64,000 nt of DNA from an uncultured Acidobacteriota bacterium (GTDB lineage: Bacteria > Acidobacteriota > Vicinamibacteria > Vicinamibacterales > 2-12-FULL-66-21). Positions 1-8,460 of the stretch are shown piece by piece; the stretch's first letter is position 1, and every line of letters starts with the position of its first letter. The notes beneath the pieces are model-generated. The model saw only the letters and a list, made by a program, of their open reading frames with translations. It was not told the DNA's origin and did no database searches. The position numbers and the translations under genes are program-made. Location: NCBI GenBank assembly GCA_963764925.1, contig CAVXUR010000004.1:425478-489477 (forward strand). Reading direction: 5' to 3'.

Positions 1-673
1 ACCCAGGGCTCGAACGAGGCGGCAACGGCGTCGAACACCTTCGACTACAACACGGAGTTCGGCACCAACCCGACCGACCTGCCGCACTCGTTCAACGGCT
101 CGCTGGTCTACATGCTGCCGTTCAACGGGCCAATCGACCGGCGGCTGGCGCGTCGGCGGCATCCTGAACGCCCGGTCCGGCGTGCCCATCAACGTCACGA
201 TTGCGCGACCCGACACGGTCCCGGTGGGCGGCGTCACCGTCACCAATATTCCCGGCGGCAACTCGCGCGGCACGCAGCGGCCGGATCTCGTCCCCGGCGT
301 GAACCCGTATCTGAAGGACGGCGTGCGCTGGTTGAACCCGGCGGCGTTCGCCGCGCCGATGCCCGGCACGTTCGGCAACCTGCCCGCGCAACTTCCTGCG
401 CGGGCCGAACTTCTGGCAGCTCGACCTGAACATCAGCAAGGACATCCGCTTCTCGCACGAACCAGGGTCTCCAGTTCCGCCTCGAGCTGTTCAACATCAC
501 CAACCGCCTGAACTACGAGAACCCGGCGGCGGGCCTGCCGGCCGGCACGGTTGGTCAGCCGTTCACGCGATGCGGTGGCCGGCACGTTCGGCTACATGCT
601 CGGGCCGCTCAACCGCACCGTCGGCCTCGGCGCCGCGCGCCAGACGCAGTTGTCGGTGCGCTTCCTCTTCTGA
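1..673 (+). CDS. TonB-dependent outer-membrane receptor, C-terminal part (5' end outside window; frame broken several times)
   Basis: Frame 1 from base 1 reads TQGSNEAATASNTFDYNTEFGTNPTDLPHSFNGSLVYMLPFNG. ORF 182..511 continues NIPGGNSRGTQRPDLVPGVNPYLKDGVRWLNPAAFAAPMPGTFGN. The last codons read RQTQLSVRFLF-TGA (671..673), an aromatic-terminal beta-barrel ending. Several frame changes are needed to join the pieces. Confidence 0.7.
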
Positions 674-681
674 GGTTGTCG

Positions 682-749
682 CCCGGGGTCTGAAGACCCC
701 GGGCCCACGATGAGAGAAATCGTGGCCCTGGGGTCTTCAGACCCCAGGG
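682..749 (+). terminator. Twin GC-rich hairpins after the receptor stop codon
   Basis: cccggggtct-ga-agaccccggg (682..703) and ccctggggtct-tc-agaccccaggg (726..749). The two hairpins are inverted copies of each other. No U-tract follows, so intrinsic-terminator function is only inferred from position. Confidence 0.4.
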
Positions 750-843
750 TTCTGGCCGCGGCGTTCGTCAGTTGTAGTTTCTTGCGGTCCCAACCTGCGC
801 CCCCCGCCGTCAGGTGCTGACCACCTGCTATACAGTGACTTCG

Positions 844-1923
844 ATGAGTGTTCTCGCCCGTTCTTTGACCCTGCTGCTCGTGCTCGCCGGCGCAGCCGCC
901 CAGGCTGGCTGCAGCTCGGGCGGTTCCAGCGCGCCGCCTGACGCCAGCGGCGGCAATGAAGGAGCGCGTGGCCAGATCAACGGCGCCGGCGCCACCTTCC
1001 CGAATCCGATCTACTCGAAGTGGTTCGCCGAGTACACCAAGCTCCACGCCGACGTTCGCATCAACTATCAATCGCTCGGTTCGGGAGCCGGCATCAGGCA
1101 GCTGACGAGCGGCACGGTCTTCTTCGGCGCGTCGGATCAGCCGGTGAGCGACGAGCTGATGTCCACGACTCCCGGAAAGATCCTCCACTTCCCCACCGTC
1201 CTGGGAGCGGTGGTGCCGATCTACAATCTCGACGGCGTCTCACAGCCGCTGCGGTTCACCGGTCCGGTTCTCGCCGACATCGTCCTCGGCAGGATCAGGA
1301 AATGGAACGACCCGGCCATCGTGCAGCACAATGCCGGCGTGACGCTGCCGGCGACCGACATCACCTTCGTGCATCGCTCTGATGGCTCGGGCACGACGTT
1401 CATCTTCGCGGACTATCTCGGGAAGGTCTCTCCGGACTTCAAGTCGACGATCGGCGTCGGCACATCGTTGAAGTGGCCCGCTGGACTGGGCGGCAAAGGC
1501 AACGATGGCGTGACCGCGCTAGTCCGGCAGATTCCGGGCGCGCTCGGCTACGTCGAGCTGGTATACGCGCTGCAGAACAAGATCGGCGTCGGCGCCGTAC
1601 AGAACAGCACTGGCGCCTTCGTCACGCCGTCGGTCGAAAGCGTAACGGCGGCGGCTGCCGGCGCCGCGAGCCAGATGCCGGCTGACTTCCGCATCTCGAT
1701 CACCAATGCCCCGGGCGCCGCTGCGTATCCGATCTCCTCGTTCACCTGGCTGCTCCTCTACGAGTCGCCGCAAGACAAGGCCCAGGGCCGCCAGATGCGG
1801 GATTTCCTGCGCTGGGCCCTCACCGACGGCCAGAAGCTCGCCCCGGCGCTCGGCTACGCGCGCCTGCCGCAGCCGGTGGTCGAGATGGAGCTGAAAGCGC
1901 TCGAACAGTTGAAAGTGGACTGA
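844..1923 (+). CDS. pstS: Phosphate ABC transporter substrate-binding lipoprotein PstS
   Basis: ORF 814..1923. The Met at 844 gives MSVLARSLTLLLVLAGAAAQAGCSSGG (lipobox Cys), followed by GAGATFPNPIYSKWF...INYQSLGSGAGI...FFGASD, which are PstS-type motifs. It lies directly upstream of pstC/pstA. The frame is intact. Confidence 0.95.
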   Translation: MSVLARSLTLLLVLAGAAAQAGCSSGGSSAPPDASGGNEGARGQINGAGATFPNPIYSKWFAEYTKLHADVRINYQSLGSGAGIRQLTSGTVFFGASDQPVSDELMSTTPGKILHFPTVLGAVVPIYNLDGVSQPLRFTGPVLADIVLGRIRKWNDPAIVQHNAGVTLPATDITFVHRSDGSGTTFIFADYLGKVSPDFKSTIGVGTSLKWPAGLGGKGNDGVTALVRQIPGALGYVELVYALQNKIGVGAVQNSTGAFVTPSVESVTAAAAGAASQMPADFRISITNAPGAAAYPISSFTWLLLYESPQDKAQGRQMRDFLRWALTDGQKLAPALGYARLPQPVVEMELKALEQLKVD

Positions 1924-2879
1924 TGCCGCGACGGTCCTCAGTCCGGTCCGACGAGATTCTCTTTCGCGGCGTCACCGGCGCCTTCGCTCTCATTCTCATC
2001 GCATCGTCGTCGCGATCGCCATCACGCTGTTTCGTGAGTCGCTGCTGTCGATCAAGGCAGTTCGGCTGGCAGTTCTGGCAGACGGACAGCTGGAATCCGG
2101 TGCTCGGCGAGTTCGGGGCGCGACCGTTCATCTGGGGCACGCTCTACTCGTCTGTCCTGGCACTGGTCATCTCGACGCCGATCGCCATCGGCATCGCGAT
2201 CTACACCGCGGAACTGGCTCCCGCCTGGCTGCGACGCCCGCTGGTCTTTCTCACCGAGCTGCTCGCGGCGATCCCGTCGATCGTGTATGGACTCTGGGGC
2301 ATCTTCGTCCTCGTACCGGCGGTACGCCAGTTCGAGGCGGCGACTCCGGAGTGGCTGAAGGGTGTGCCGCTTTTTTCCGGCCCACCGCTGGGCGTCGGCA
2401 TGCTGTCGGCCGCCCTCATCCTGGCCATCATGGTCATCCCCTTCACCTCCTCGGTCGCGCGCGAAGTGCTCAAGGCCGTGCCGCCGTCGCAGCGTGAAGG
2501 CGCCTATGCGCTCGGTGCGACGCGGTGGGAAGCGATCCGCATGGCGCTCTTTTTCGCCCGGACCGGGATCGTCGGCGCGGTCATGCTCGGCTTCGGGCGG
2601 GCGCTCGGCGAAACGATGGCTGTGACGATGGTGATTGGCAACAGCCCGCAGATCAGCCTGTCGCTGTTCGCGCCGCAATACACGATGGCCGCTGTTCTGG
2701 CGAATGAGTTCGCGGAGGCCACTGGCGAGCTCTACCTGAATGCGCTGGTGGAAATCGGACTGGTGCTGTTCGTCATCACGCTGATCATCAACATGATGTC
2801 GCGGCTCTTGATCTGGTCGATGGCCTCTGGACGCCGGCCGCGTCTCTGGCCGCTGGCGGCCCCGAAAGCGGCCGCATGA
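1923..2879 (+). CDS. pstC: Phosphate ABC transporter permease PstC
   Basis: ORF 1923..2879 (its ATG overlaps the pstS TGA). It is TM-rich and carries the EAA loop REGAYALGATRWEAIRMALFFARTGIVGAVMLGFGRALGETMAV. Residues about 25-45 look out of frame, suggesting two compensating indels near 2000-2065. Confidence 0.9.
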   Translation: MPRRSSVRSDEILFRGVTGAFALILIASSSRSPSRCFVSRCCRSRQFGWQFWQTDSWNPVLGEFGARPFIWGTLYSSVLALVISTPIAIGIAIYTAELAPAWLRRPLVFLTELLAAIPSIVYGLWGIFVLVPAVRQFEAATPEWLKGVPLFSGPPLGVGMLSAALILAIMVIPFTSSVAREVLKAVPPSQREGAYALGATRWEAIRMALFFARTGIVGAVMLGFGRALGETMAVTMVIGNSPQISLSLFAPQYTMAAVLANEFAEATGELYLNALVEIGLVLFVITLIINMMSRLLIWSMASGRRPRLWPLAAPKAAA

Positions 2880-3725
2880 CGCGCGACACACGGCGGCGGC
2901 TCCTGTCGCATGTCGTCATCGTCTTGTGCGGGCTCGCGGTGTTGATCGCCCTGGTGCCCCTGGCGCTGGTGCTCTTCCACGTCGTCGGGCAAGGGATCAG
3001 CTCGGTAAACGCCGCGTTCTTCACAGAGATGCCGCGTCCGGTCGGCGAAACGGGCGGCGGCATGGCGAATGCCATCGTCGGTTCGCTGATCGTGACGTTG
3101 GTCGGCGCCCTGTTCGCACTGCCGATCGGCATCATGAGCGGCGTCTACACCGCCGAGTACCCGGGACGCGGCTGGCGTCAGCGACGCGGTTCGCGGCCGA
3201 CACGCTCAACGGTGTGCCGTCGATTGTCATCGGCGTGTTCGTCTACAGCGTCGCCGTGCTGCCATACCGCCGCTTCTCGGCGCTGGCCGGCGGACTGGCG
3301 CTCGGCGTCATGATGATTCCGCTCATCATGCGAACGACCGAGGAGCTCCTGCGCCTGGTCCCGTCGACGCTGAAGGAAGGAGCCCTTGCACTCGGGGCAA
3401 CACGAGGCCGCGCCGTCTTCACGGTCGTGGTGCCGGCGGCGTTGCCGGGAATCCTGACCGGCATCCTGCTGGCGCTGGCGCGCATCGCCGGCGAAACCGC
3501 GCCGCTCCTGTTCACCGCGTTGAACAACAGCTTCTGGTCCACCGACGTCACACAGCCTGTCTCGACCCTCACGGTGCAAATCTTCACGTATGCGATTTCC
3601 CCGTACGCCGAGTGGCACCGCCTTGCGTGGGCTGGCGCGCTGGTGCTGTGTCGATGGTGCTGCTCTGCTCGTTGCTGGCGCGCTTCGCCACGGCCCGGAT
3701 GGAGCGGCTCCAGCGGGGCATCTGA
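2876..3725 (+). CDS. pstA: Phosphate ABC transporter permease PstA (two frame changes as given)
   Basis: Three pieces. Frame 2 from 2876 reads MTRDTRRRLLSHVVIVLCGLAVL...GVYTAEYPG. Frame 1 from about 3165 reads TRLASATRFAADTLNGVPSIVIGVF...KEGALALGATRGRAVFTVVVPAALPGILTGILLALARIAGETAPLLFT. Frame 3 from about 3650 reads ...LLCSLLARFATARMERLQRGI-TGA (3723..3725). Confidence 0.9.
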
Positions 3726-3747
3726 CGGCGGTGACCACCGCCGATCT

Positions 3748-3764
3748 CTTAACTCACACTTAAC
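3748..3764 (+). promoter_or_regulatory. Candidate Pho-box-like direct repeat (CTTAAC-N5-CTTAAC)
   Basis: cttaac occurs at 3748..3753 and again at 3759..3764 (exact 11-bp phasing). gtcacg follows one further turn downstream (3771..3776). The site lies 75-90 nt upstream of the response-regulator start. Confidence 0.4.
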
Positions 3765-3838
3765 CCAGACGTCACGAACAGAAACGTGCGCGGCGATAGG
3801 CTCGCGCTGGGGGTTTAAGTCATGGACCCCGGCAGTAG

Positions 3839-4573
3839 ATGACAGAGACAAGGCGCCGCACGGGCCAAACGGCAGCGGCCGGCGCCAATGAATCGGCGCC
3901 GCGCGTGCTCGTCGTCGAAGACGAGCAGGACATCGCCGGGCTCATCAAGCTGACGCTCGAAAGAACGGGAGATGCGACGTCGAGATCGTCGGCAGCGGCG
4001 ACGCCGCGCTGCGGGCGGTCGCCGAGCAGACGCCCGACCTGATCATCCTCGACCTCAACCTGCCGGTGCTCAGCGGCCTCGAGGTCTGCCGCATCCTGCG
4101 CGCCCGCCCGGATACGGCCGACGTGCCGATCATCATGCTGACGGCGCGGACGAGCGAAGCCGACCGGGTGACCGGTCTGGATGTCGGCGCCGACGACTAC
4201 GTGACCAAGCCGTTCAGCCTGCGCGAGCTGGCGGCGCGCGTGCGCGCCGTGCTGCGGCGCCGCGACGGGTCGGCGATCGGCGCCAACGTCTTCACCGGCA
4301 AACACCTGACGCCGACTTCGATGCCGTCGCCGTCTCGGTCGATGGCGCGCGGTGCGCCTTACGCGGCGCGAGTTCGAGCTGCTGCGAGTTCCTGGTGGAG
4401 AACCGCAACCGCGTGCTCTCGCGCGACCGGCTGCTGGAGCGCGTGTGGGGCTCGACCGCTTCGTCGAGACGCGCTCCGTCGACGTCCACGTCGGCCGTCT
4501 GCGGGGAAAGCTCGGGATCGCCGGCCGTCAAATTGAGACGGTCGTCGGCCTCGGTTATCGATTCGTCGAATAG
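3839..4573 (+). CDS. OmpR/PhoB-family response regulator (PhoB-like; at least 4 frame changes as given)
   Basis: Receiver domain pieces: [21 protein letters not shown] and [75 protein letters not shown]. Winged-helix pieces: [10 protein letters not shown] / [22 protein letters not shown] / [31 protein letters not shown]-stop (4573). It lies immediately downstream of pstA. No histidine kinase was recognised anywhere in the window. Confidence 0.85.
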
Positions 4574-4583
4574 CGAGTCGCAG

Positions 4584-4815
4584 TCACTCCTGCCGAACGA
4601 GTGACAGGCGCACTTGCCGCGTTTCGCCGTCGCCGAACGTGACCCGCGTTTGCGCGCACGGTCAATCCGCGCAGGACGTGTGGAGTTGCCTGCAGAAACC
4701 CAGCGGGAGTGGTCGCGAGGGCGACGACGTGGTAAGCCCCGGCCGGCAGGCTGATCGTACCGGTAGGCTGGGCTTGAAGGGCGACGAAAAGGATTACGAA
4801 GCGGATCGCGTGCAC
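4584..4815 (-). CDS. Hypothetical small protein, CarboxypepD_reg-like segment (one frame change)
   Basis: ORF 4555..4815 contains GTISLPAGAYHVVALATTPAGFLQATPHVLRGLTVRANAGHV. A -1 frame then continues TFGDGETRQVRLSLVRQE-TGA (4584..4586). The pattern resembles carboxypeptidase-regulatory-like beta-sandwich repeats. Support is weak. Confidence 0.3.
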
Positions 4816-4852
4816 GTGCTCGGTCGGCGTAGCCGACCCCGCGGACGCGTGT

Positions 4853-5080
4853 TCAGCTTGGCTGAGTCTCCAGCCAGCCGTTGTTTTCTAGCTCGGACAC
4901 CTGAAGGGACAGCATCAACACCGCGCGCTCGACCCTGTGCCAGTCCGTATAGTGGACCCGGCGCACGACTTCACTATCCTGCTCGACGCGCACCTCCCAG
5001 CCCTCGCTCCCGGCCTCCGAGATCGTGAACCGCTTGGTATGCCCCGCCTGTCTGAGTTCCTTCGCGAACATTTTTTCCAC
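4853..5080 (-). CDS. Hypothetical small protein (75 aa)
   Basis: Intact ORF, (M)EKMFAKELRQAGHTKRFTISEAGSEGWEVRVEQDSEVVRRVHYTDWHRVERAVLMLSLQVSELENNGW..., with non-antisense-like composition. The start is GTG at 5080 or ATG at 5071. It is preceded by conspicuous direct repeats (see 5087..5180). Confidence 0.5.
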   Translation of the reverse strand: MEKMFAKELRQAGHTKRFTISEAGSEGWEVRVEQDSEVVRRVHYTDWHRVERAVLMLSLQVSELENNGWLETQPS

Positions 5081-5163
5081 CTCTCCGCTTGCGAACCGCT
5101 CTGCTTGCGAACCGCGACTCGAATGTCCTGCACCGTTGTACCCCAGTTAGACGGTGAGCGGTC

Positions 5164-5180
5164 TGTAAATTCCATGTAAA
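5164..5180 (-). promoter_or_regulatory. Candidate Pho box TTTACA-N5-TTTACA (minus strand)
   Basis: The plus strand reads tgtaaa at 5164..5169 and again at 5175..5180, so the minus strand reads TTTACAtggaaTTTACA. The site lies about 85-100 nt upstream of the 4853..5080 ORF, and the same hexamer pair occurs at 31197..31214. Confidence 0.5.
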
Positions 5181-5385
5181 CAGATATTGGGCATTTGCAC
5201 TCCCTTATGAATCAATGACTTAGCGCCGTGCCAGGTATCCAGTTGAGCTCGAATTCCAGGGTTGGGTTCGCGGTTGCGACTGGCCAACGACGACCCTGCC
5301 AAGCGAGGATTCGTCACGCTTGGCGGGATCATTTTCGGCCTCCGGCTGCGCCGTGACGGTGCACGGGGCGAGCAGACTCGATACC

Positions 5386-6109
5386 CTAACGGAAGAGCTG
5401 GTTGTAGCGCACGAGCCGAGATTCAAACTCGCCGCCGTCGTTGTCCAGCACCACCCAGAGATAACCGCCCCGGGTCACGGCGAGGCCTTCGATCTTCTTC
5501 GGTCGCGCGATCGAGGTGTCGACGACAATGCCTTCGAGATCGAACAGGACCTGCTCGCCGCCCCGCGTGACAGGCGTGCGCTCACGGATCCGCGCGAAGC
5601 CGTCGCCCACGTGGATGCTGAAAATGCTCGACGGCAGCGCGTCGTCTGGAACCGAGTAGAGCACGTGCGGCCGGTACGGACTCGACGCGAGACCCGACAG
5701 CGCTCCCCACGGCTCATCCAGGCCGCTCGAGAAGATCCTCGGCTGATCTGCTGACGGTCCCAGCGGCCGGGCACGCCCTCGAAAATCGAGATGGTGCCGC
5801 CGGCACCTTCACCGATCGCCCTCGTTGGCGCTGACAAACAAATTGCGCGACGGGATCGTCAGCAGGCCTTCGGGCGCCTGCCCCGTGCATCCGGGTGCCA
5901 CGAGGATACTTGCCGTCGCGGGTCACCGAGACGATTTCCACGCTCGTGGCCATCTCGTCGTCTGGCGCGCGTGGCACGCTGAACGTCGCGACCGGCCGGA
6001 ACGAGCCGATCCCAAATCGGTCGTCACCACCGTGGCTACCGTGCGCCAGCGGGACCGCGGTCACGACGCTCACCGCCGCGGCGAGCGCACACAGTTTTCT
6101 CATCAGCAT
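5386..6109 (-). CDS. Secreted phytase-like / beta-propeller phosphoesterase-like protein (frame broken)
   Basis: ORF 5714..6109 starts MLMRKLCALAAAVSVVTAVPLAHG (signal peptide) and continues ...ATSVEIVSVTRDGKY. ORF 5386..5664 ends ...LYSVPDDALPSSIFSIHVGDGFARIRERTPVTRGGEQVLFDLEGIVVDTS...IEGLAVTRGGYLWVVLDNDGG. The DLEGI/EGLAV repeats resemble the 'esterase-like activity of phytase' and choice-of-anchor-I families, assigned from memory of family motifs. Confidence 0.45.
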
Positions 6110-6301
6110 CGATGTCCTCCGTCCGTCAACGACTCGCGCTGACGCATCGCGGCAGCGCCGACCGAACCGGAGGATTATCGAGACTCTACCGAGGAGGGGA
6201 CGTGTCGACGAGGTAACGAGAATATCAATTTTGAGTTCGTCCTCGCGAGGAGCAGGTACTCAGTCGGGAGCGCGCCACACCTGGATCGAGCTAAGACTCG
6301 A

Positions 6302-6523
6302 TCAGTCGCCGCCGCCTCCGCCACCCCCATCGCAACCTGCGTCGCCGGCCGCGCACCCGTCGCTCCCGTCCCCGCTCATGACGGCAGGCAGCCAGCTCGC
6401 GTCTCCGCCCGAACCGGCGCCAGCGTGCTGGCGAGATCCGCGTGCGCGGAATGCGACTGCGAGTACCCCGGCCAACAGGACTCCCGCGACGACCAGGACC
6501 AAGCCGAGCACTGTAAATGCCAT
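6302..6523 (-). CDS. Hypothetical small membrane protein with Gly/Asp/Cys-rich tail
   Basis: ORF MAFTVLGLVLVVAGVLLAGVLAVAFRARG... has one clear TM helix and ends ...GCAAGDAGCDGGGGGGGD. I recognise no homolog. Confidence 0.3.
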   Translation of the reverse strand: MAFTVLGLVLVVAGVLLAGVLAVAFRARGSRQHAGAGSGGDASWLPAVMSGDGSDGCAAGDAGCDGGGGGGGD

Positions 6524-6644
6524 GAGCCTATTGTCGCGCGTCAGTGTTTCCGCTTCGTAAACCCGTCCCCGCCAGTGCTACGCTCCCCTTTTGTGCGCTG
6601 GTCGTGCACCAGCTGACCTTGGTCTACGAGAGGGAGTTCGAATC

Positions 6645-8072
6645 ATGTCGGCCGGAGCTTCTCGCCAGGCGGTGGAGGGCCTGCGTGACGAGGTCATGCG
6701 TCTGCTGGACCGCCATCGGGTGCTGACCTCGCTCGCCAGCCGGCAGCAGACACCTCGTCACGACTTGCTCGAACAGATGCAGCATCGACAGAATCTCGTC
6801 GAGCTGCAGCGGCATCTCAAGGCGCAACATCCCGCCGACATCGCGGTCATCCTTGATTCGCTGCCCGCTGACGACCGCCTCCTGGTGTTTCGTCAGCTCG
6901 AATCCGAGCAGGCTGGCGCCGCGCTGGTCGAAGCGAGCGAGGCTGTTCGCGGATCGCTTGTTCAAGAACTGACTCGAGACGAGTTGGTCAAGGCCTGTCT
7001 GACGCTCGACGCCGACGATCTGGCGTTCCTCTCGGGCGAGGTTCCTGACGACGTGATTGAAGAAGTGTCGGAGGCGCTGGCCGCGCAGGATCGTTCCTGG
7101 TTGAAGGATGCTCGCCATCACGACGAGAATTCCGTCGGCCGCTTGATGACGCAGGACGTGGTGACCGTGCGTGAAACGCAAACCGTCGCTGAAGTGCTGG
7201 AGGACCTGCGGGCGCGGGAGATTCCCGATCAAACCGATCGACTGTTTGTCGTCGACACACGGCAGATCGTCAGGGGCGCGCTGCCGCTGCACATGCTGGT
7301 GCGAGGCGACCCAGCGGCCGCCGTGAGGGATCTGATGCTCGCCGACGTCGAGACGTTCACGCCTGACACGCCAGCGGCTCAAGCGGCCAAGGCGTTCGAG
7401 CGATACGATCTCGTGTCGGCACCGGTCGTCGACGATCGAGGGAAGCTCGTCGGGCGGATCACGATCGACCGGGTCATGGACTTCCTGCGCGACTCGGCAG
7501 AGCAGCTGGCGCTGACGCGCGCCGGTCTGCGCGGTGCTGAGGATTTGTTTGCCACCGTTCGGCAGTCCGTGCACAACCGGTGGCCGTGGCTGGCGCTCAA
7601 CCTCGTCACGGCGTTCGTCGCCTCGCGCGTCATCTCACAATTCGAAACCACCATCACCAGCATCGTCGCGCTCGCGGCGTTGATGCCGATTGTCGCCAGC
7701 ATCGGAGGCAACACCGGCAATCAGACGGTTGCGCTGGTGATTCGCGCGCTGGCACTCGATCAACTCCGCGATCAGCATCGTCAACTGGTGCGCAAGGAGC
7801 TCACCGTGAGCCTGGTCAACGGCTTGATGTGGGGCACCATCACCGGAATCCTGGCGTTCGCGCTCTATCACGACGCGGCGCTTGGGGCGGTCATGATGAC
7901 GGCCGTGCTCCTGAACCTCATCGTTGCGGCCGTGACCGGAATCGCAGTGCCCCTGATTCTGCATCGGGCCCGTAGGGATCCGGCCCAGGGCGCGAGCGTC
8001 ATGCTGACCTTCATCACCGATAGCATGGGGTTCTTCCTCTTCCTCGGCCTTGCGCACCTGTTGTTGCTGTAA
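6645..8072 (+). CDS. mgtE: Magnesium transporter MgtE
   Basis: ORF 6591..8072. The Met at 6645 is preceded by gagggag. The protein has an MgtE N-domain, two CBS modules (VTVRETQTVAEVLEDLR..., LVSAPVVDDRGKLVGRITIDRVMD) and a C-terminal TM domain with GGNTGNQTVALVIRALAL and ITDSMGFFLFLGLA. The frame is intact. Confidence 0.95.
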   Translation: MSAGASRQAVEGLRDEVMRLLDRHRVLTSLASRQQTPRHDLLEQMQHRQNLVELQRHLKAQHPADIAVILDSLPADDRLLVFRQLESEQAGAALVEASEAVRGSLVQELTRDELVKACLTLDADDLAFLSGEVPDDVIEEVSEALAAQDRSWLKDARHHDENSVGRLMTQDVVTVRETQTVAEVLEDLRAREIPDQTDRLFVVDTRQIVRGALPLHMLVRGDPAAAVRDLMLADVETFTPDTPAAQAAKAFERYDLVSAPVVDDRGKLVGRITIDRVMDFLRDSAEQLALTRAGLRGAEDLFATVRQSVHNRWPWLALNLVTAFVASRVISQFETTITSIVALAALMPIVASIGGNTGNQTVALVIRALALDQLRDQHRQLVRKELTVSLVNGLMWGTITGILAFALYHDAALGAVMMTAVLLNLIVAAVTGIAVPLILHRARRDPAQGASVMLTFITDSMGFFLFLGLAHLLLL

Positions 8073-8202
8073 ATGGCTGAGTTGGCTGGCTGAACCGGCG
8101 TCACGCCGTTGTTACGCTCAATTCATTCCGTGATTGCGCGCGTCGCCTAGCATGTTTGGGTATTGTCCCCAATTCGGACGATCGCTCTTCGCGAGGTGCC
8201 CA

Positions 8203-8460
8203 ATGGCTGAATTCCATGCTCCTGCTCCCGATCGTGACGGCGTGCGTCGAAACATCGGGACGTTGTGGACGTTGACGCGCGCGGAATCGTCGGCCCGCTG
8301 TTCGCTCGTGTCCGTCGCGACTGGCTTGGAGCTTCGCGTCATGCTGGACGGCGCGATTCTGCGGGCAGAAGGGTGCAAGCAGTACAGCGAGGCGTTCGAG
8401 CTGGCGGAGCGTTGGCGCGCTCGCATGATGGATCGGGGCTGGATACCACTGCGCTCGTAG
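8203..8460 (+). CDS. Hypothetical small protein (85 aa), possible distant paralog of 4853..5080
   Basis: Within ORF 8134..8460, the Met at 8203 gives MAEFHAPAPDRDG...LWTLTRAESSARCSLVSVATGLELRVMLDGAILRAEGCKQYSEAFELAERWRARMMDRGWIPLRS. Both small proteins share a beta-rich core followed by a helix ending in GW. Confidence 0.4.
   Translation: MAEFHAPAPDRDGVRRNIGTLWTLTRAESSARCSLVSVATGLELRVMLDGAILRAEGCKQYSEAFELAERWRARMMDRGWIPLRS

Noticed and set aside
750-843. Pho box upstream of pstS
   Set aside because: No TTAC/TTAA-core hexamers at 11-bp phasing are present, and no E. coli-type CTGTCAT repeats. I did not want to force a weak match.
6524-6644. Possible Mg2+ (M-box) riboswitch in the mgtE leader
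   Set aside because: The leader is only about 120 nt. I see one small hairpin (gctggtcgtgcaccagc) and none of the conserved M-box segments I can recall. A covariance-model search would be needed to settle it.
6624-7574. 316-aa minus-strand ORF
   Set aside because: It is antisense to mgtE, whose frame is intact and unmistakable.
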